Shown here: in pieces, positions 1 to 9,539 of the stretch
Layout: each line of letters begins with the position of its first letter
Numbering within the stretch: the stretch's first letter is position 1
NCBI GenBank assembly: GCA_963832745.1
Contig: CAWHVC010000003.1
Coordinates: 1 to 64,000 of the forward strand
Source: Candidatus Bathyarchaeota archaeon
GTDB taxonomy: Archaea; Thermoproteota; Bathyarchaeia; Bathyarchaeales; Bathycorpusculaceae
Reading direction: 5' to 3'
DNA length: 64,000 bases
Made by a program: the position numbers and the translations under genes
Notes under the pieces: generated by a model
What the model saw: the letters and a program-made list of their open reading frames with translations, nothing else
Told to the model about the DNA's origin: nothing
Databases searched by the model: none

Positions 1-63
1 TGGAACATCCTGTTCCTTGAATAGAACTAAAAGCGGCCAGCCTTTTAAAATCAAGAGATAAAG

Positions 64-726
64 ATGCAAAACAAGATTAACGTAGCCTTATGGCTGGTTG
101 TTTTTGGGCTTCTAATGCTGTCTTTAAGCTTTTTTCAGCCTGCTGCTCAAGCGCAATATACTGCTGACGATCAAGCCTTTATTCTTATTTCGCCAATTTC
201 TATAGATTCACCCGTGAACACGACTTACACAACAAACCAAGTGTGTCTAAACGTTACTGTCAAATCTCTTGTTAAAAACGATGCTGACACTACAATGATG
301 TATAGTATTGACGCCAATGATAATGTTACAATACCCACTTCTAACACTCTTGTTCCAGTATGGGCGGATGTAACTTACGCTAACGGAACTAAGACAACAA
401 AAATATCATCCACTCTCTCATACTACTTAATTTCAGGTACAGTTAAACTTGAAAATTTGCCGCAGGGTCAACATAGCTTAACTGTTCTTGCCCAATACAA
501 CGTGCCCATTATGCAAAAGATTGCCTTCGACAACAAGACTGTACATTTTACTATAGATGATGGAAACTCACCAGTTGCTTCTAACGTTGACGTTAATGAT
601 AGTACATCTAAGCCTGAACCGTCGAATAGCATTATTTATGCCCCTTTAGGCGTTTTTTCACTTATAGCTATTGTAGCCTTTGCTTTGTTTGCAAAGCGTA
701 GACAAAAAGAAAGGCCCATGCTATGA
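64..726 (+). CDS. Secreted/surface protein with C-terminal membrane anchor
   Basis: N-terminal hydrophobic signal ending AQA, beta-rich Ig-like body (SPVNTTY...GQHSLTV), C-terminal TM followed by KRRQK. Confidence 0.75.
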   Translation: MQNKINVALWLVVFGLLMLSLSFFQPAAQAQYTADDQAFILISPISIDSPVNTTYTTNQVCLNVTVKSLVKNDADTTMMYSIDANDNVTIPTSNTLVPVWADVTYANGTKTTKISSTLSYYLISGTVKLENLPQGQHSLTVLAQYNVPIMQKIAFDNKTVHFTIDDGNSPVASNVDVNDSTSKPEPSNSIIYAPLGVFSLIAIVAFALFAKRRQKERPML

Positions 727-821
727 GTGTTAGCTTACAGTTTTCTGCTCAGTTTCAACAAATTCCTGAAAGGCCTGCCATTTTACAATATTTAAAAGTA
801 AATAGCTGTTAGTTATCACCT

Positions 822-1772
822 ATGAAGAAGACGGTGTTTCTTGCCTTTCTCGTTTTAGGGCTTTTAACTTCTTCCTCAATATTGGGCTTAGTTAGTGTGG
901 GTCAAGCAAATCCTGGTCCAGCCACGCAGATTCCCCCTGTCGTTGACGTGCCAGATGTGCAAATTAAGGCTCAAATTTTAAGAACAGGAAATGAAGCACT
1001 GGCGATAGTCGATGTAACTTACACGATGAAAACATGTTACGGCTATGGGGACAGCTTTCTATCTGAAAACTGGGGAATGAATATGATGGTTAACCCTTCC
1101 CGATACGTCGAAGTTACAGTGGTATATGATAAACTAGACGCTTACTACCCAATTCCCCCTAACGCCACAAATGTATCCTTCAAAATTAACAATGATAACC
1201 TTAACTGGACCCAAAACCGCATACACAACTACCACCTTTTTGACACTTATTTAACCGAAGTAACATGGAGAATAAACCAGGTTCCAGACAGTTTCCAGAT
1301 AACAGCCCACTATGAGGTTCCATTAGAGAAAACGCCAGAAATCTACAGTTATCTAGGAGAGTATGCTTTGATAATTCCGCTTGGCGCACAATTTGGACTT
1401 AAAGAAGCAGCCTCAAACTTTAATTCTTACCTCTGGTTCGATAATTCCTCGGCAGATTTTTCTATCCAAACTGACGAAAGCTTTGGAGACATAGTCGCCT
1501 ACTCAATAAATGGCTTAGGCACATTAGAACAGCTTGACTCTACCCTTACAAGGCAAGACAAAACATCCCAGACTGACTTTACAGTATCAGTGGCTGACCT
1601 TTCAAACTCAACAACAAAGTCTATACATGGAGCAGTCATAATACTGAATAATCAACAACAAGACATAACTGAGCAAAACACACAAACAGTCCCCCTCATA
1701 GCAGCGGCAACAATAGCGCTCATTTTAGTAGTCATCACCGTGCTAATTTACCTAAAGAAGCGACGACCATAA
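822..1772 (+). CDS. Secreted/surface protein with C-terminal membrane anchor
   Basis: MKK + hydrophobic signal, ANP cleavage-like site, C-terminal TM + KKRR. Confidence 0.75.
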   Translation: MKKTVFLAFLVLGLLTSSSILGLVSVGQANPGPATQIPPVVDVPDVQIKAQILRTGNEALAIVDVTYTMKTCYGYGDSFLSENWGMNMMVNPSRYVEVTVVYDKLDAYYPIPPNATNVSFKINNDNLNWTQNRIHNYHLFDTYLTEVTWRINQVPDSFQITAHYEVPLEKTPEIYSYLGEYALIIPLGAQFGLKEAASNFNSYLWFDNSSADFSIQTDESFGDIVAYSINGLGTLEQLDSTLTRQDKTSQTDFTVSVADLSNSTTKSIHGAVIILNNQQQDITEQNTQTVPLIAAATIALILVVITVLIYLKKRRP

Positions 1773-1856
1773 AAAACAAGTCTTTGAGAATTGAGGGAAA
1801 ACGTGTATTTGATAACAGCAAATTAACAATTGTAAACAAAAGAAAAAGTGGCTTCT

Positions 1857-3050
1857 TTAGTAGAAGCTTTGGATAGGTGACTCGTCATTACCTGCTTTGG
1901 CTTTTACTGAGACAATCTCTTCAATCTTAGTCTTTGTTAAGGCTTTGATGTTGTGGAAGTTGCTCATTTCGCCGTAGCTGACAAGAGTAATTGCGGTTCC
2001 TTCTGTGCCTTTACGGGCTGTTCTTCCGATGCGGTGGAAGTACACTGGAGGATCGTTTGGTACGTCGTAGTTGATGATGTGTGTGATGCCTTCAATGTCT
2101 AAGCCTCTTGCCGCAACATCAGTTGCAACTAGTAAACATAGTCTGCCGCTTCTGAAGTCGTTGATTGCGCGGTCTCTTTGTGCCTGTGTATAGCCAGCAT
2201 GCAGTGCCTGTACTCGGAAGCCTTTGCGGTCCATTTGCTCAGATACGCGGGTGGTGTCTCGGCGTGTTCGACAGAAAATGATTGCTTTCTCCACGTCTTT
2301 TCCGTGTAGAATAGTGCATAGTGCGTCGAATTTGCCGCCTTGGTTAACTACAGTGTAAAATTGCCTCATTTGAGTGACTGCGATTTCATCTTTGCTTACC
2401 AAGATTTTTTCTGGGTTTTTCATGTACTTGTTGCAGACACGCATAACAGAGGAATCAATGGTTGCGCTGAAAAGGCTTGTTTGTCTATCTTTGGGGGTTC
2501 TTGAAAGTATGTATTCAACGTCTTCTGTAAAGCCCATGTCAAGCATGCGGTCGGCTTCGTCAAGAACAACAACCTTAACTGAAGACAGGTTTAAAACGCG
2601 TCTTTCCATAAGGTCAATTAATCGTCCTGGTGTACCAACAACAATTTGTATGTTACCGCTTAAAGCGTGGATTTGTTTGTTAATGGATTCTCCACCGTAA
2701 ACAGCTAAAACACGAACTCGGGAATATTTACCGAATTTTGCCAAGTTTTCTGCAACTTGAACGGCTAACTCGCGTGTAGGCACTAAAACTAGGCCTTGAA
2801 CACCTTTAACTTGTGGATTTAACCGTTGAACCATTGGAACGCCGAAAGCGGCGGTTTTACCTGTTCCTGTTTGTGCTTGCCCAATGACGTCTTTACCGTC
2901 GAGCAAAGGAATTATTGCTTGAGCTTGAATTGGAAAAAGAGCGTCAAACCCTAATTCACCTATACTTCTTAAGACTTCCTTAGTTAAGGGTAAGTCTTTA
3001 AATGATTGCATTTGCAAATCTATTTTTTCTCCTGCCACAGAATCATTCAT
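1857..3050 (-). CDS. DEAD-box RNA helicase
   Basis: Q motif (FPIQAQAI), AQTGTGKT, PTRELA, DEAD, SAT, ARGLD, HRIGRTAR. Confidence 0.97.
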   Translation of the reverse strand: MNDSVAGEKIDLQMQSFKDLPLTKEVLRSIGELGFDALFPIQAQAIIPLLDGKDVIGQAQTGTGKTAAFGVPMVQRLNPQVKGVQGLVLVPTRELAVQVAENLAKFGKYSRVRVLAVYGGESINKQIHALSGNIQIVVGTPGRLIDLMERRVLNLSSVKVVVLDEADRMLDMGFTEDVEYILSRTPKDRQTSLFSATIDSSVMRVCNKYMKNPEKILVSKDEIAVTQMRQFYTVVNQGGKFDALCTILHGKDVEKAIIFCRTRRDTTRVSEQMDRKGFRVQALHAGYTQAQRDRAINDFRSGRLCLLVATDVAARGLDIEGITHIINYDVPNDPPVYFHRIGRTARKGTEGTAITLVSYGEMSNFHNIKALTKTKIEEIVSVKAKAGNDESPIQSFY

Positions 3051-3340
3051 GCGATTATTTTTCGAAAGCTCAGGAGCTTAGGTTATACATGAGTTAATGT
3101 GACACGTCCATCATTCAGTGGCGCGAATATAAAAAGATTTGTAAGTCCAAAACAGGAACAGAACGTGAAAAAGCCATATTTCAGGTTTAATTGCCCAATA
3201 AAACCGCTAAACTGCCCATTACCCAAACGATACCTAAAAAATTGTGATTGTACTCTTACAATCACAAACCTAAATTTAGGGTGGCTTCTCAAAAATAAGC
3301 AATCAGTTGGTTCCACAAAAAATTATTGAAGGAAACAAAA

Positions 3341-3610
3341 ATGGGGAAAATAAAACGAAAAGTGCCGCCACCATACTTTTACAGTGGCGAACATGAAGCT
3401 AAAAGCGAAAATGAAGAGGAAACTTCAGATGCTTACGATAACGAGCAAAGAGAGCAAATGCTTGAAGATGACGAAATGACCGCTGCGGAAGCGGGCTTTA
3501 TGCGTGGCAGAAACCAAGAACCAAGCAAGAAAGCAAACCAACGCAATGCCGTAAGCCATAATGATTCAACATCAGTGGAGCTTGCTAAAGAAGACAGCGA
3601 AGACGACTAA
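3341..3610 (+). CDS. Small acidic hypothetical protein
   Basis: ATG at 3341; acidic core DAYDNEQREQMLEDDEMTAAEAGFMRG. Confidence 0.65.
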   Translation: MGKIKRKVPPPYFYSGEHEAKSENEEETSDAYDNEQREQMLEDDEMTAAEAGFMRGRNQEPSKKANQRNAVSHNDSTSVELAKEDSEDD

Positions 3611-3701
3611 CAACTCAATTAAAGTTGAATCTGCGTTTAACATTTTTCTTAGCGGATAGCTTGAAAATTAGAAATCCATAAAAACACACTAAACTACTGT
3701 T

Positions 3702-4652
3702 GTGTTCATGCTTGAGGTCAAAGGAAACATAGGCAACGTATTGCACCGTATAATCAGGTTTGCCAGCAAAAGCACAATAAAAAACTTGATAATCATAACC
3801 TTATGCATTGTAATGTTTTTTGTACAAATTTTCTTTCCTTACAACTATTATGCTTCAGCGGACAGAAGCGGAAATACGTCTTTTCAGGTGGGCGTTCACT
3901 ACGTTTATGAGCAAGACCGGTTAGACCAAATTGCAGGGCAAATCGCAAGAATAAAAAACCTTGGCATCAGCGTTATCCGCATAACACTGGAATGCAACCC
4001 CAACGAGCAGTATGGCAATGATTTAACAAACCAGAAAAACGATGCCCTGTTTGCGGCAACTGACCAGTTGGATTTAGATGTGGCACTTGTTATTCCTAAT
4101 CATGAAGACTTGCAAAACGTAAACTATTACCTTAACCGTTGGGGCAGCCACTTGGAATATATTCAAGTGCTTAACGAACCCGAATTATCCGCATCTTGGG
4201 ATGCAGGAGCCCTGTTTACTGACGACGAAATCGTAAGCAACTTTGAAAGAGTTTACCAAGTTGTTGAATCCTACCATTTGCAGGCGAAACTGTACACAAA
4301 CTTCGGCGCAGGCTACGTACTTAGAAGCAATGTACCAATGGAGTTAAGTAAGCATCTGGATTTTGTTGGCTTGGATGTTTATATGAACGCGTTTCTTGTA
4401 TTGGCACCGCATTTCGTTGGAAGCCTGCATAGTATGACTAACAAGGACGTAGTAATCACGGAGTTTGGCATGTCTACAAGCAATAGTCTTGCTCAAAGCG
4501 ACTTTATAATTCATGGACTTAACCTGTTTAAAAGCATGGGGCTGAAAGGTTGCTGGATAGCTTACTGGAACAGTGCCGAAGATTATTACGGCATTCGTGA
4601 CAGGCCAGCAGAAAAAGCAGTAGGTGAATGGATTGCAGAAAATGCTAACTAA
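3702..4652 (+). CDS. Membrane-anchored clan GH-A-like glycoside hydrolase (TIM barrel)
   Basis: N-terminal TM; VLNEP (acid/base) and VITEFG (nucleophile) motifs; start uncertain. Confidence 0.7.
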   Translation: MFMLEVKGNIGNVLHRIIRFASKSTIKNLIIITLCIVMFFVQIFFPYNYYASADRSGNTSFQVGVHYVYEQDRLDQIAGQIARIKNLGISVIRITLECNPNEQYGNDLTNQKNDALFAATDQLDLDVALVIPNHEDLQNVNYYLNRWGSHLEYIQVLNEPELSASWDAGALFTDDEIVSNFERVYQVVESYHLQAKLYTNFGAGYVLRSNVPMELSKHLDFVGLDVYMNAFLVLAPHFVGSLHSMTNKDVVITEFGMSTSNSLAQSDFIIHGLNLFKSMGLKGCWIAYWNSAEDYYGIRDRPAEKAVGEWIAENAN

Positions 4653-5079
4653 CATAACAAAAACTGAACAATTCAACAGGCTCATGAGGCTGCTAATTCA
4701 TGGTCTCTTGATTGTGTGCAGCTTAATAATACTACAAACAGTGCTGGACAGCGCCAAAGACGGCTTTATGATGTTTCTGCCGCCATTAGGGTTTGTGTTC
4801 TTCTACATTGCCACCTACATTGTAGGACCATTAGCAATTGGCGCCGTAAACATAATAATAATTCATCGTCTAAACAAGTTGAAGGGTTGGCAGGTAGGAT
4901 TCTGGCTAAACGGGCTCTTTCTGATGTTATTGTTCTCTACAACAAACTTGGTTCTGCAGACCATGCTTAATTTGCCGTTTGCACCATACGTTGCGTTGAT
5001 TGATTTGTTCCTGCTTTCGTTGCCGTTTGGAATCATTGCAAGATACAGCAATGGTGGATGGAAAAAGCCAATCGACTAA
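4624..5079 (+). CDS. Four-TM membrane protein
   Basis: Hydrophobic segments; overlaps upstream gene end (real start may be ATG 4642). Confidence 0.7.
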   Translation: MNGLQKMLTNITKTEQFNRLMRLLIHGLLIVCSLIILQTVLDSAKDGFMMFLPPLGFVFFYIATYIVGPLAIGAVNIIIIHRLNKLKGWQVGFWLNGLFLMLLFSTTNLVLQTMLNLPFAPYVALIDLFLLSLPFGIIARYSNGGWKKPID

Positions 5080-5164
5080 ATTCAATGCAAGTAGAAGGCT
5101 TCAATAAACATTTTTTACCTTAAAATTATTTATACGTTTAGAAATAAACTGTTGGTGTCAACTG

Positions 5165-6376
5165 CTGAAGAAAAATTTTGTCGTTGTATTATCGGTGGTT
5201 TTAATTGTAATTATATTGGTGGCAGCTGGAGTTTACTTTCTTAACCCCTTAAACACGTCAGTTAAGGGAGAACGCGATTTTTATCTTGGAGTTTCTTTCA
5301 ATGGCAACACCACCGTTCAAGCTAAACTATTAATTGACAAGGTAAAGCCTTACACTAACCTGTTTGTAGTCCAATCCGGACCCGTAAGCACAAACGAGAC
5401 AGCCATGAACGAAATCGTAGACTACGCAGTAACCTCAGGTTTGGATGTAATCGTATATTTCGGTTTTTTCAACCCCAACTATCCATGGCAGCTACCATGG
5501 CTTGACTATGCGAAACAGCAGTGGGGCAACCATTTCTTAGGAGTCTACTTAAATGATGAACCCGGCGGATACATTGTTGACCTTAACTGGACAGGCTACT
5601 TTACCCAGCTAAGAATCCGAAACTCAACGGACTATAATCTTCATTCTCCAGCGATTGAACTTGCACTCAACGGTACCCTGCCAAGAGAATATACACAATC
5701 AGCTGACCATTTTAAAAATGAAGTATGGTACAATCTTGGCGTAAATGAATTAAGTAACCGTTCAATCACTGCTTTTACTTCTGATTACGCGCTCTATTGG
5801 TGGGATTACCTAGGCGGCTACGATGTAGTGTTTACAGAGTTTGGGTCAAACAGTAGCCTCACACAAAACGTGGCTTTAGACCGTGGAGCAGCCCGCATGC
5901 AAAACAAAACGTGGGGTGCAATCATAACTTGGACGTATGACCATCCCCCGTATCTTGCCAACGCCAGCGCTGTCTACGAGCAAATGCTTGATGCTTACTT
6001 GGCAGGCGCTAAATACATCCTAATTTTTGATTTCCCGTACCTTCCTGGAAACCCATATGGCGTCTTGACAGAAGAACACTTTGAGTCATTACACCAGCTT
6101 TGGATGGATACAAAAACGGTTAAACCTGATGACAACCAGCGTGATGACGCCGTGCTAATTCTTCCTCAAGATTATGGGTGGGGCTTACGGCGTGAGGACG
6201 ACCGTATCTGGGGCGTTTGGGGTCCAGACGAGAAATCACCCGAAATATGGAACATCAGCCGAGAACTACTAACAAAATACGATTTCAGGCTGGACATGAT
6301 TTTTGAGGATCCACATTTTCCGGTTGATGACCTGTATTGGAAGATATATTATTGGAACCAAACAAGCGTGGGCTAA
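5165..6376 (+). CDS. Membrane-anchored GH-like hypothetical protein
   Basis: LNDEPGG and FTEFG motifs; frame extends to CTG-AAG-AAA (MKKNFVVVL) at 5165 after GGTG. Confidence 0.7.
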   Translation: MKKNFVVVLSVVLIVIILVAAGVYFLNPLNTSVKGERDFYLGVSFNGNTTVQAKLLIDKVKPYTNLFVVQSGPVSTNETAMNEIVDYAVTSGLDVIVYFGFFNPNYPWQLPWLDYAKQQWGNHFLGVYLNDEPGGYIVDLNWTGYFTQLRIRNSTDYNLHSPAIELALNGTLPREYTQSADHFKNEVWYNLGVNELSNRSITAFTSDYALYWWDYLGGYDVVFTEFGSNSSLTQNVALDRGAARMQNKTWGAIITWTYDHPPYLANASAVYEQMLDAYLAGAKYILIFDFPYLPGNPYGVLTEEHFESLHQLWMDTKTVKPDDNQRDDAVLILPQDYGWGLRREDDRIWGVWGPDEKSPEIWNISRELLTKYDFRLDMIFEDPHFPVDDLYWKIYYWNQTSVG

Positions 6377-6390
6377 ATTTTGCGGTTTGT

Positions 6391-6490
6391 AAAAGAGTTG
6401 GTGAGTCTGTTCCTACTCAACAGCTAAAAAGGCACCCTCTTTTGAAGGGAGAGGGTAAATTAGCTGCTTCACAGGCTCTCCTCACCAATC
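6391..6490 (-). ncRNA. Candidate structured small RNA
   Basis: Nested stems TTGGTGAG/CTCACCAA, CAGCTAA/TTAGCTG, ACCCTCT/AGAGGGT; GAAAG-TTTAAA promoter about 25 nt upstream on minus strand; ends in a T run. Confidence 0.5.
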
Positions 6491-6567
6491 AAGTTAGCAT
6501 TTGATTGATTAATTTAAACTTTCAAGAAAAACCAGTAAAACAGAAAACAAAAAAAAGAAAAAGGAGG

Positions 6568-7425
6568 TTATGGGACTTCTTTCTGCATTCTTTTGGCTAA
6601 CCCGTAAACAATCGGTATCAAAATGATTGCAAGTGCTATAGCAAACGCCCAAGCGATTGTCGCTATGATTCCTGTTACGCCCGAAAATGTTGAAAAGATT
6701 GCTCCAGTTCCTATCAGCAAGAATATGCTGTAAAGGATGAATTTAGCGTATCCTGCGATTGAAGTGAATTCTGTGTGTTCTTCTGTGATGGATTTTATTA
6801 AGCCGTCGGTTAAAATTATGCCAACACCGATTATGACAAAACCGATAATCAAAGAGTAGACTAATCCGCCTGCACTAAACAGCAGCAAATCAAAAGCAAT
6901 GTTAAGTATTACAGCGACTAAACCGATAAAGAGCAGATTCTTTAGCATATCAGCGATTTCAACTTTAGTTTTAAACATGGGTCTAATGACATTGCCAACC
7001 AGCATCGCCAAGTAATCTACAAACACTATACCTAAAACTATGACAAGTATGCCGCCTAAAAGCCTAGGCAAATACGCAGCTATCTGAACAATTAAAGCGC
7101 CAGCTTCTCCAGGAATGTTAAGCATTGCAACGGCTACTGCGATTGAAACAATTATTATGAATGCATAGATGATTCCGCCTACAAAGTTGGATAGGTCAAA
7201 TCCGCTGTTACGGAAGATTTTGCCGATTTCGCTTTTGTCAAAATTTTTCTCTACTGTTGAGTTGATTACTCTGTTAACGATTTTTCCAACAAACCAGCCT
7301 ACGACTACGCCGATGATTATTACGATTATGGCACCGATTATTCCAGGCAGGGCTAATGCAACCGCATTGGCAAAATTGTTAAAGGCTTCTTCCAAAGTTA
7401 GCAGTGCTACTAATAAAAAAAGCAT
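6568..7425 (-). CDS. TM-helix repeat membrane protein (CmpX/MscS N-terminal-like)
   Basis: Repeated LPxIIGAIIVIIIG / YLPRLLGGILVIVLG units; about 8 TM segments. Confidence 0.7.
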   Translation of the reverse strand: MLFLLVALLTLEEAFNNFANAVALALPGIIGAIIVIIIGVVVGWFVGKIVNRVINSTVEKNFDKSEIGKIFRNSGFDLSNFVGGIIYAFIIIVSIAVAVAMLNIPGEAGALIVQIAAYLPRLLGGILVIVLGIVFVDYLAMLVGNVIRPMFKTKVEIADMLKNLLFIGLVAVILNIAFDLLLFSAGGLVYSLIIGFVIIGVGIILTDGLIKSITEEHTEFTSIAGYAKFILYSIFLLIGTGAIFSTFSGVTGIIATIAWAFAIALAIILIPIVYGLAKRMQKEVP

Positions 7426-7618
7426 GAAAAAGCACCAAACGTTTTATGGTCTAACCTGCTTTAAAACGTTTTTATTAAGCCCTTTTAATTAAACAGGTAA
7501 GAACAACCATTAGATTGAATAGAGAAGGCTAAATTGACTACCTTATTCACAGGCGCTTCTTATGGCAATAGGCTTTTGATGGTTTTGGCAATAGTTAATT
7601 TAATTAAAAAATAAAAAA

Positions 7619-7969
7619 TTATTGAGTTCCAGATTCACTCGAAGAGACTTCTTTTGTTTCTTCTGACTTCTTGTTTAAGCGGATCGAGAGCTGATGGTTT
7701 TTCCTGCTAAGAACAATATTTTCTTCTCCAATGCCTGCTGCAGTAACTTCTCCGTTATATTCCATGCGACTACTGTAGCCCAATTCTTTTAGTTCTTGCA
7801 TAAGTTTTTCCCGCAACTTTCTTAGTTGTTCGCTGGATGTATCTGGACCTCTTTTAAATGCGAAAGTAAGGGTCTTTTTTTCTGAATCATAGTTTGCTCT
7901 AGCACCTTTACCAATTTTTTCTACCTGACCCCATAACACTTTATCAGTGGATTCACGCATGTTTTTCAC
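7619..7969 (-). CDS. Hypothetical protein downstream of aIF-2alpha
   Basis: Starts 9 nt after the aIF-2alpha stop on the same strand; soluble composition. Confidence 0.6.
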   Translation of the reverse strand: MKNMRESTDKVLWGQVEKIGKGARANYDSEKKTLTFAFKRGPDTSSEQLRKLREKLMQELKELGYSSRMEYNGEVTAAGIGEENIVLSRKNHQLSIRLNKKSEETKEVSSSESGTQ

Positions 7970-7977
7970 ACTTTTTG

Positions 7978-8778
7978 CTACTTTTCTCTTTTAAAGGAGC
8001 CTTCTCCGCCAGCCTCAGTCACTTTTGAAACAACAGTATTACTTACCTTTTCTATAAGCTCTTCAGCCCGTTTCCAGTTATCAGCTGAAACCTCTAGACT
8101 ATATCGTGGAGCTGCAATTACGCTAAATTCAACTTTCGCGTCTTTAGCTTTTTGTGCTTTCTTAGTTTCCATAAATGCGTCTTTTATGATTTTTACGCCG
8201 TTAGGTTTCATGCAACGAATTTCAAGAACCCCTCGAACCTTTACCAGTTTAATATGAATGCGTTCTTCTGCAACTTGAGCAAAAACTTTAGCCATATCTT
8301 CAGGTATGCCAAGTTTAGTTAGAGAGTCAACACCATCTTTGAGTACTTTTTCAAAGCCTTCATACAAACCGTATTTTTCTTCAAGTACTGTGCCAGCTTT
8401 TTGGTAAACCTCCGGCAGAGGTAAACCTAACCGTTCAGCTACAGCTGCTAGAAGCACGTCGCCTTTACGGTCCTTTTTCCAAGCTTTTATCTTTTCGATT
8501 CGTTCACGTTTTGTGACACGCCTTAGAGATAAATCAACATGACCTTTTTCAGGGGTAACTCGAAGAACCTTAAGAACCATTTTTTGTTTTTCACGAACGA
8601 AGTCACGAATGTTCCTTATGCGGGCACTCGAGATTTCGGAGATATGAAGAAAACCTCGTTTACCATACTCATCAAGGTTAGCGTAGGCTCCGTAATCCAT
8701 CACGCTTTCTATTGTAGCGATTATAAGATCGCCAGATTCAGGCCACTCAGGTTTATGTTCCGACATTTGATACGCCAT
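7978..8778 (-). CDS. eif2a: Translation initiation factor aIF-2 subunit alpha
   Basis: S1 domain (YGAYANLDEY, GFLHISEIS, GHVDLSLRRV) and C-terminal AAPRY domain. Confidence 0.96.
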   Translation of the reverse strand: MAYQMSEHKPEWPESGDLIIATIESVMDYGAYANLDEYGKRGFLHISEISSARIRNIRDFVREKQKMVLKVLRVTPEKGHVDLSLRRVTKRERIEKIKAWKKDRKGDVLLAAVAERLGLPLPEVYQKAGTVLEEKYGLYEGFEKVLKDGVDSLTKLGIPEDMAKVFAQVAEERIHIKLVKVRGVLEIRCMKPNGVKIIKDAFMETKKAQKAKDAKVEFSVIAAPRYSLEVSADNWKRAEELIEKVSNTVVSKVTEAGGEGSFKREK

Positions 8779-8940
8779 TTTAGTTTTACTTGCCTATTTT
8801 TTCCGATAAAACTTACATTGCCAAAGAGCAACAAATCGGCATTTACAATAATTCAGTTCAATAGAATAAGTCTATCTACGTGTAAAGATACTTTTTTCCT
8901 AAATTTAACTGGTTTCCTCATTTTTGAGAGAAAAAGAAAG

Positions 8941-9099
8941 TTATTCGCCTCGAGTGTCGTTTCGATTACACTCAGCTTTTGGACGATACTCCACTTTCTT
9001 AGTTCTTTGCTTATGATGCATTTCACATTCTTTAATTCTAACAAGCATCCACTCGTTTTCTTCATAAACACATCCGCAAAGCAAAGTCTTAGTTGTCAA
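8941..9099 (-). CDS. 52-aa putative Zn-binding microprotein (not in ORF track)
   Basis: TTG start 6 nt after GGTGA; MTTKTLLCGCVYEENEWMLVRIKECEMHH... with a CGC-x14-CxxH motif. Confidence 0.6.
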   Translation of the reverse strand: MTTKTLLCGCVYEENEWMLVRIKECEMHHKQRTKKVEYRPKAECNRNDTRGE

Positions 9100-9280
9100 A
9101 ATCTATCACCCATCGAATCAAACACGAATAAGTACATATTACTAAGCAACCCAAGTTTCATAAGCATTTAGTTCTTAGCTAAAAACGAAAAAGGAAAACA
9201 GATTTGTTGATTTTGAGGCTTAAAAAGGGGAACATTTTAGAATGCGCAAACCCTCTTGTTTGTTACCTAAGGTGGCTATA

Positions 9281-9406
9281 TTGCCCAGCACAATGAAAAG
9301 AAAAAACATAAACACACAAAAAGAACAGAAAAAGAAAGCAGAACGTGAAAAAGAAGCAAAAAAGAAACAGATGAAGGAGCAGCTTCCCGCCAAAGGCAAA
9401 AAATAA
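9281..9406 (+). CDS. 41-aa Lys/Glu-rich basic microprotein (not in ORF track)
   Basis: AGGTGG then TTG; MPSTMKRKNINTQKEQKKKAEREKEAKKKQMKEQLPAKGKK. Confidence 0.55.
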   Translation: MPSTMKRKNINTQKEQKKKAEREKEAKKKQMKEQLPAKGKK

Positions 9407-9539
9407 CAATATATCCATAACGAGTTGAAAAACTCAAAACTATTCTTCTTTTAAAAAATACAGGATAAAAAAGGGTTAGCAAAAGTTATTGCTAATTTAA
9501 ATCTTAATTCAACCATGCACCATATTGAAAAATGAAAGA

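Noticed and set aside
8539-9482. ORF-track entries 8539-9171, 8853-9071 and 9276-9482
   Set aside because: Shadow or alternative frames of aIF-2alpha and the two SD-supported microproteins.
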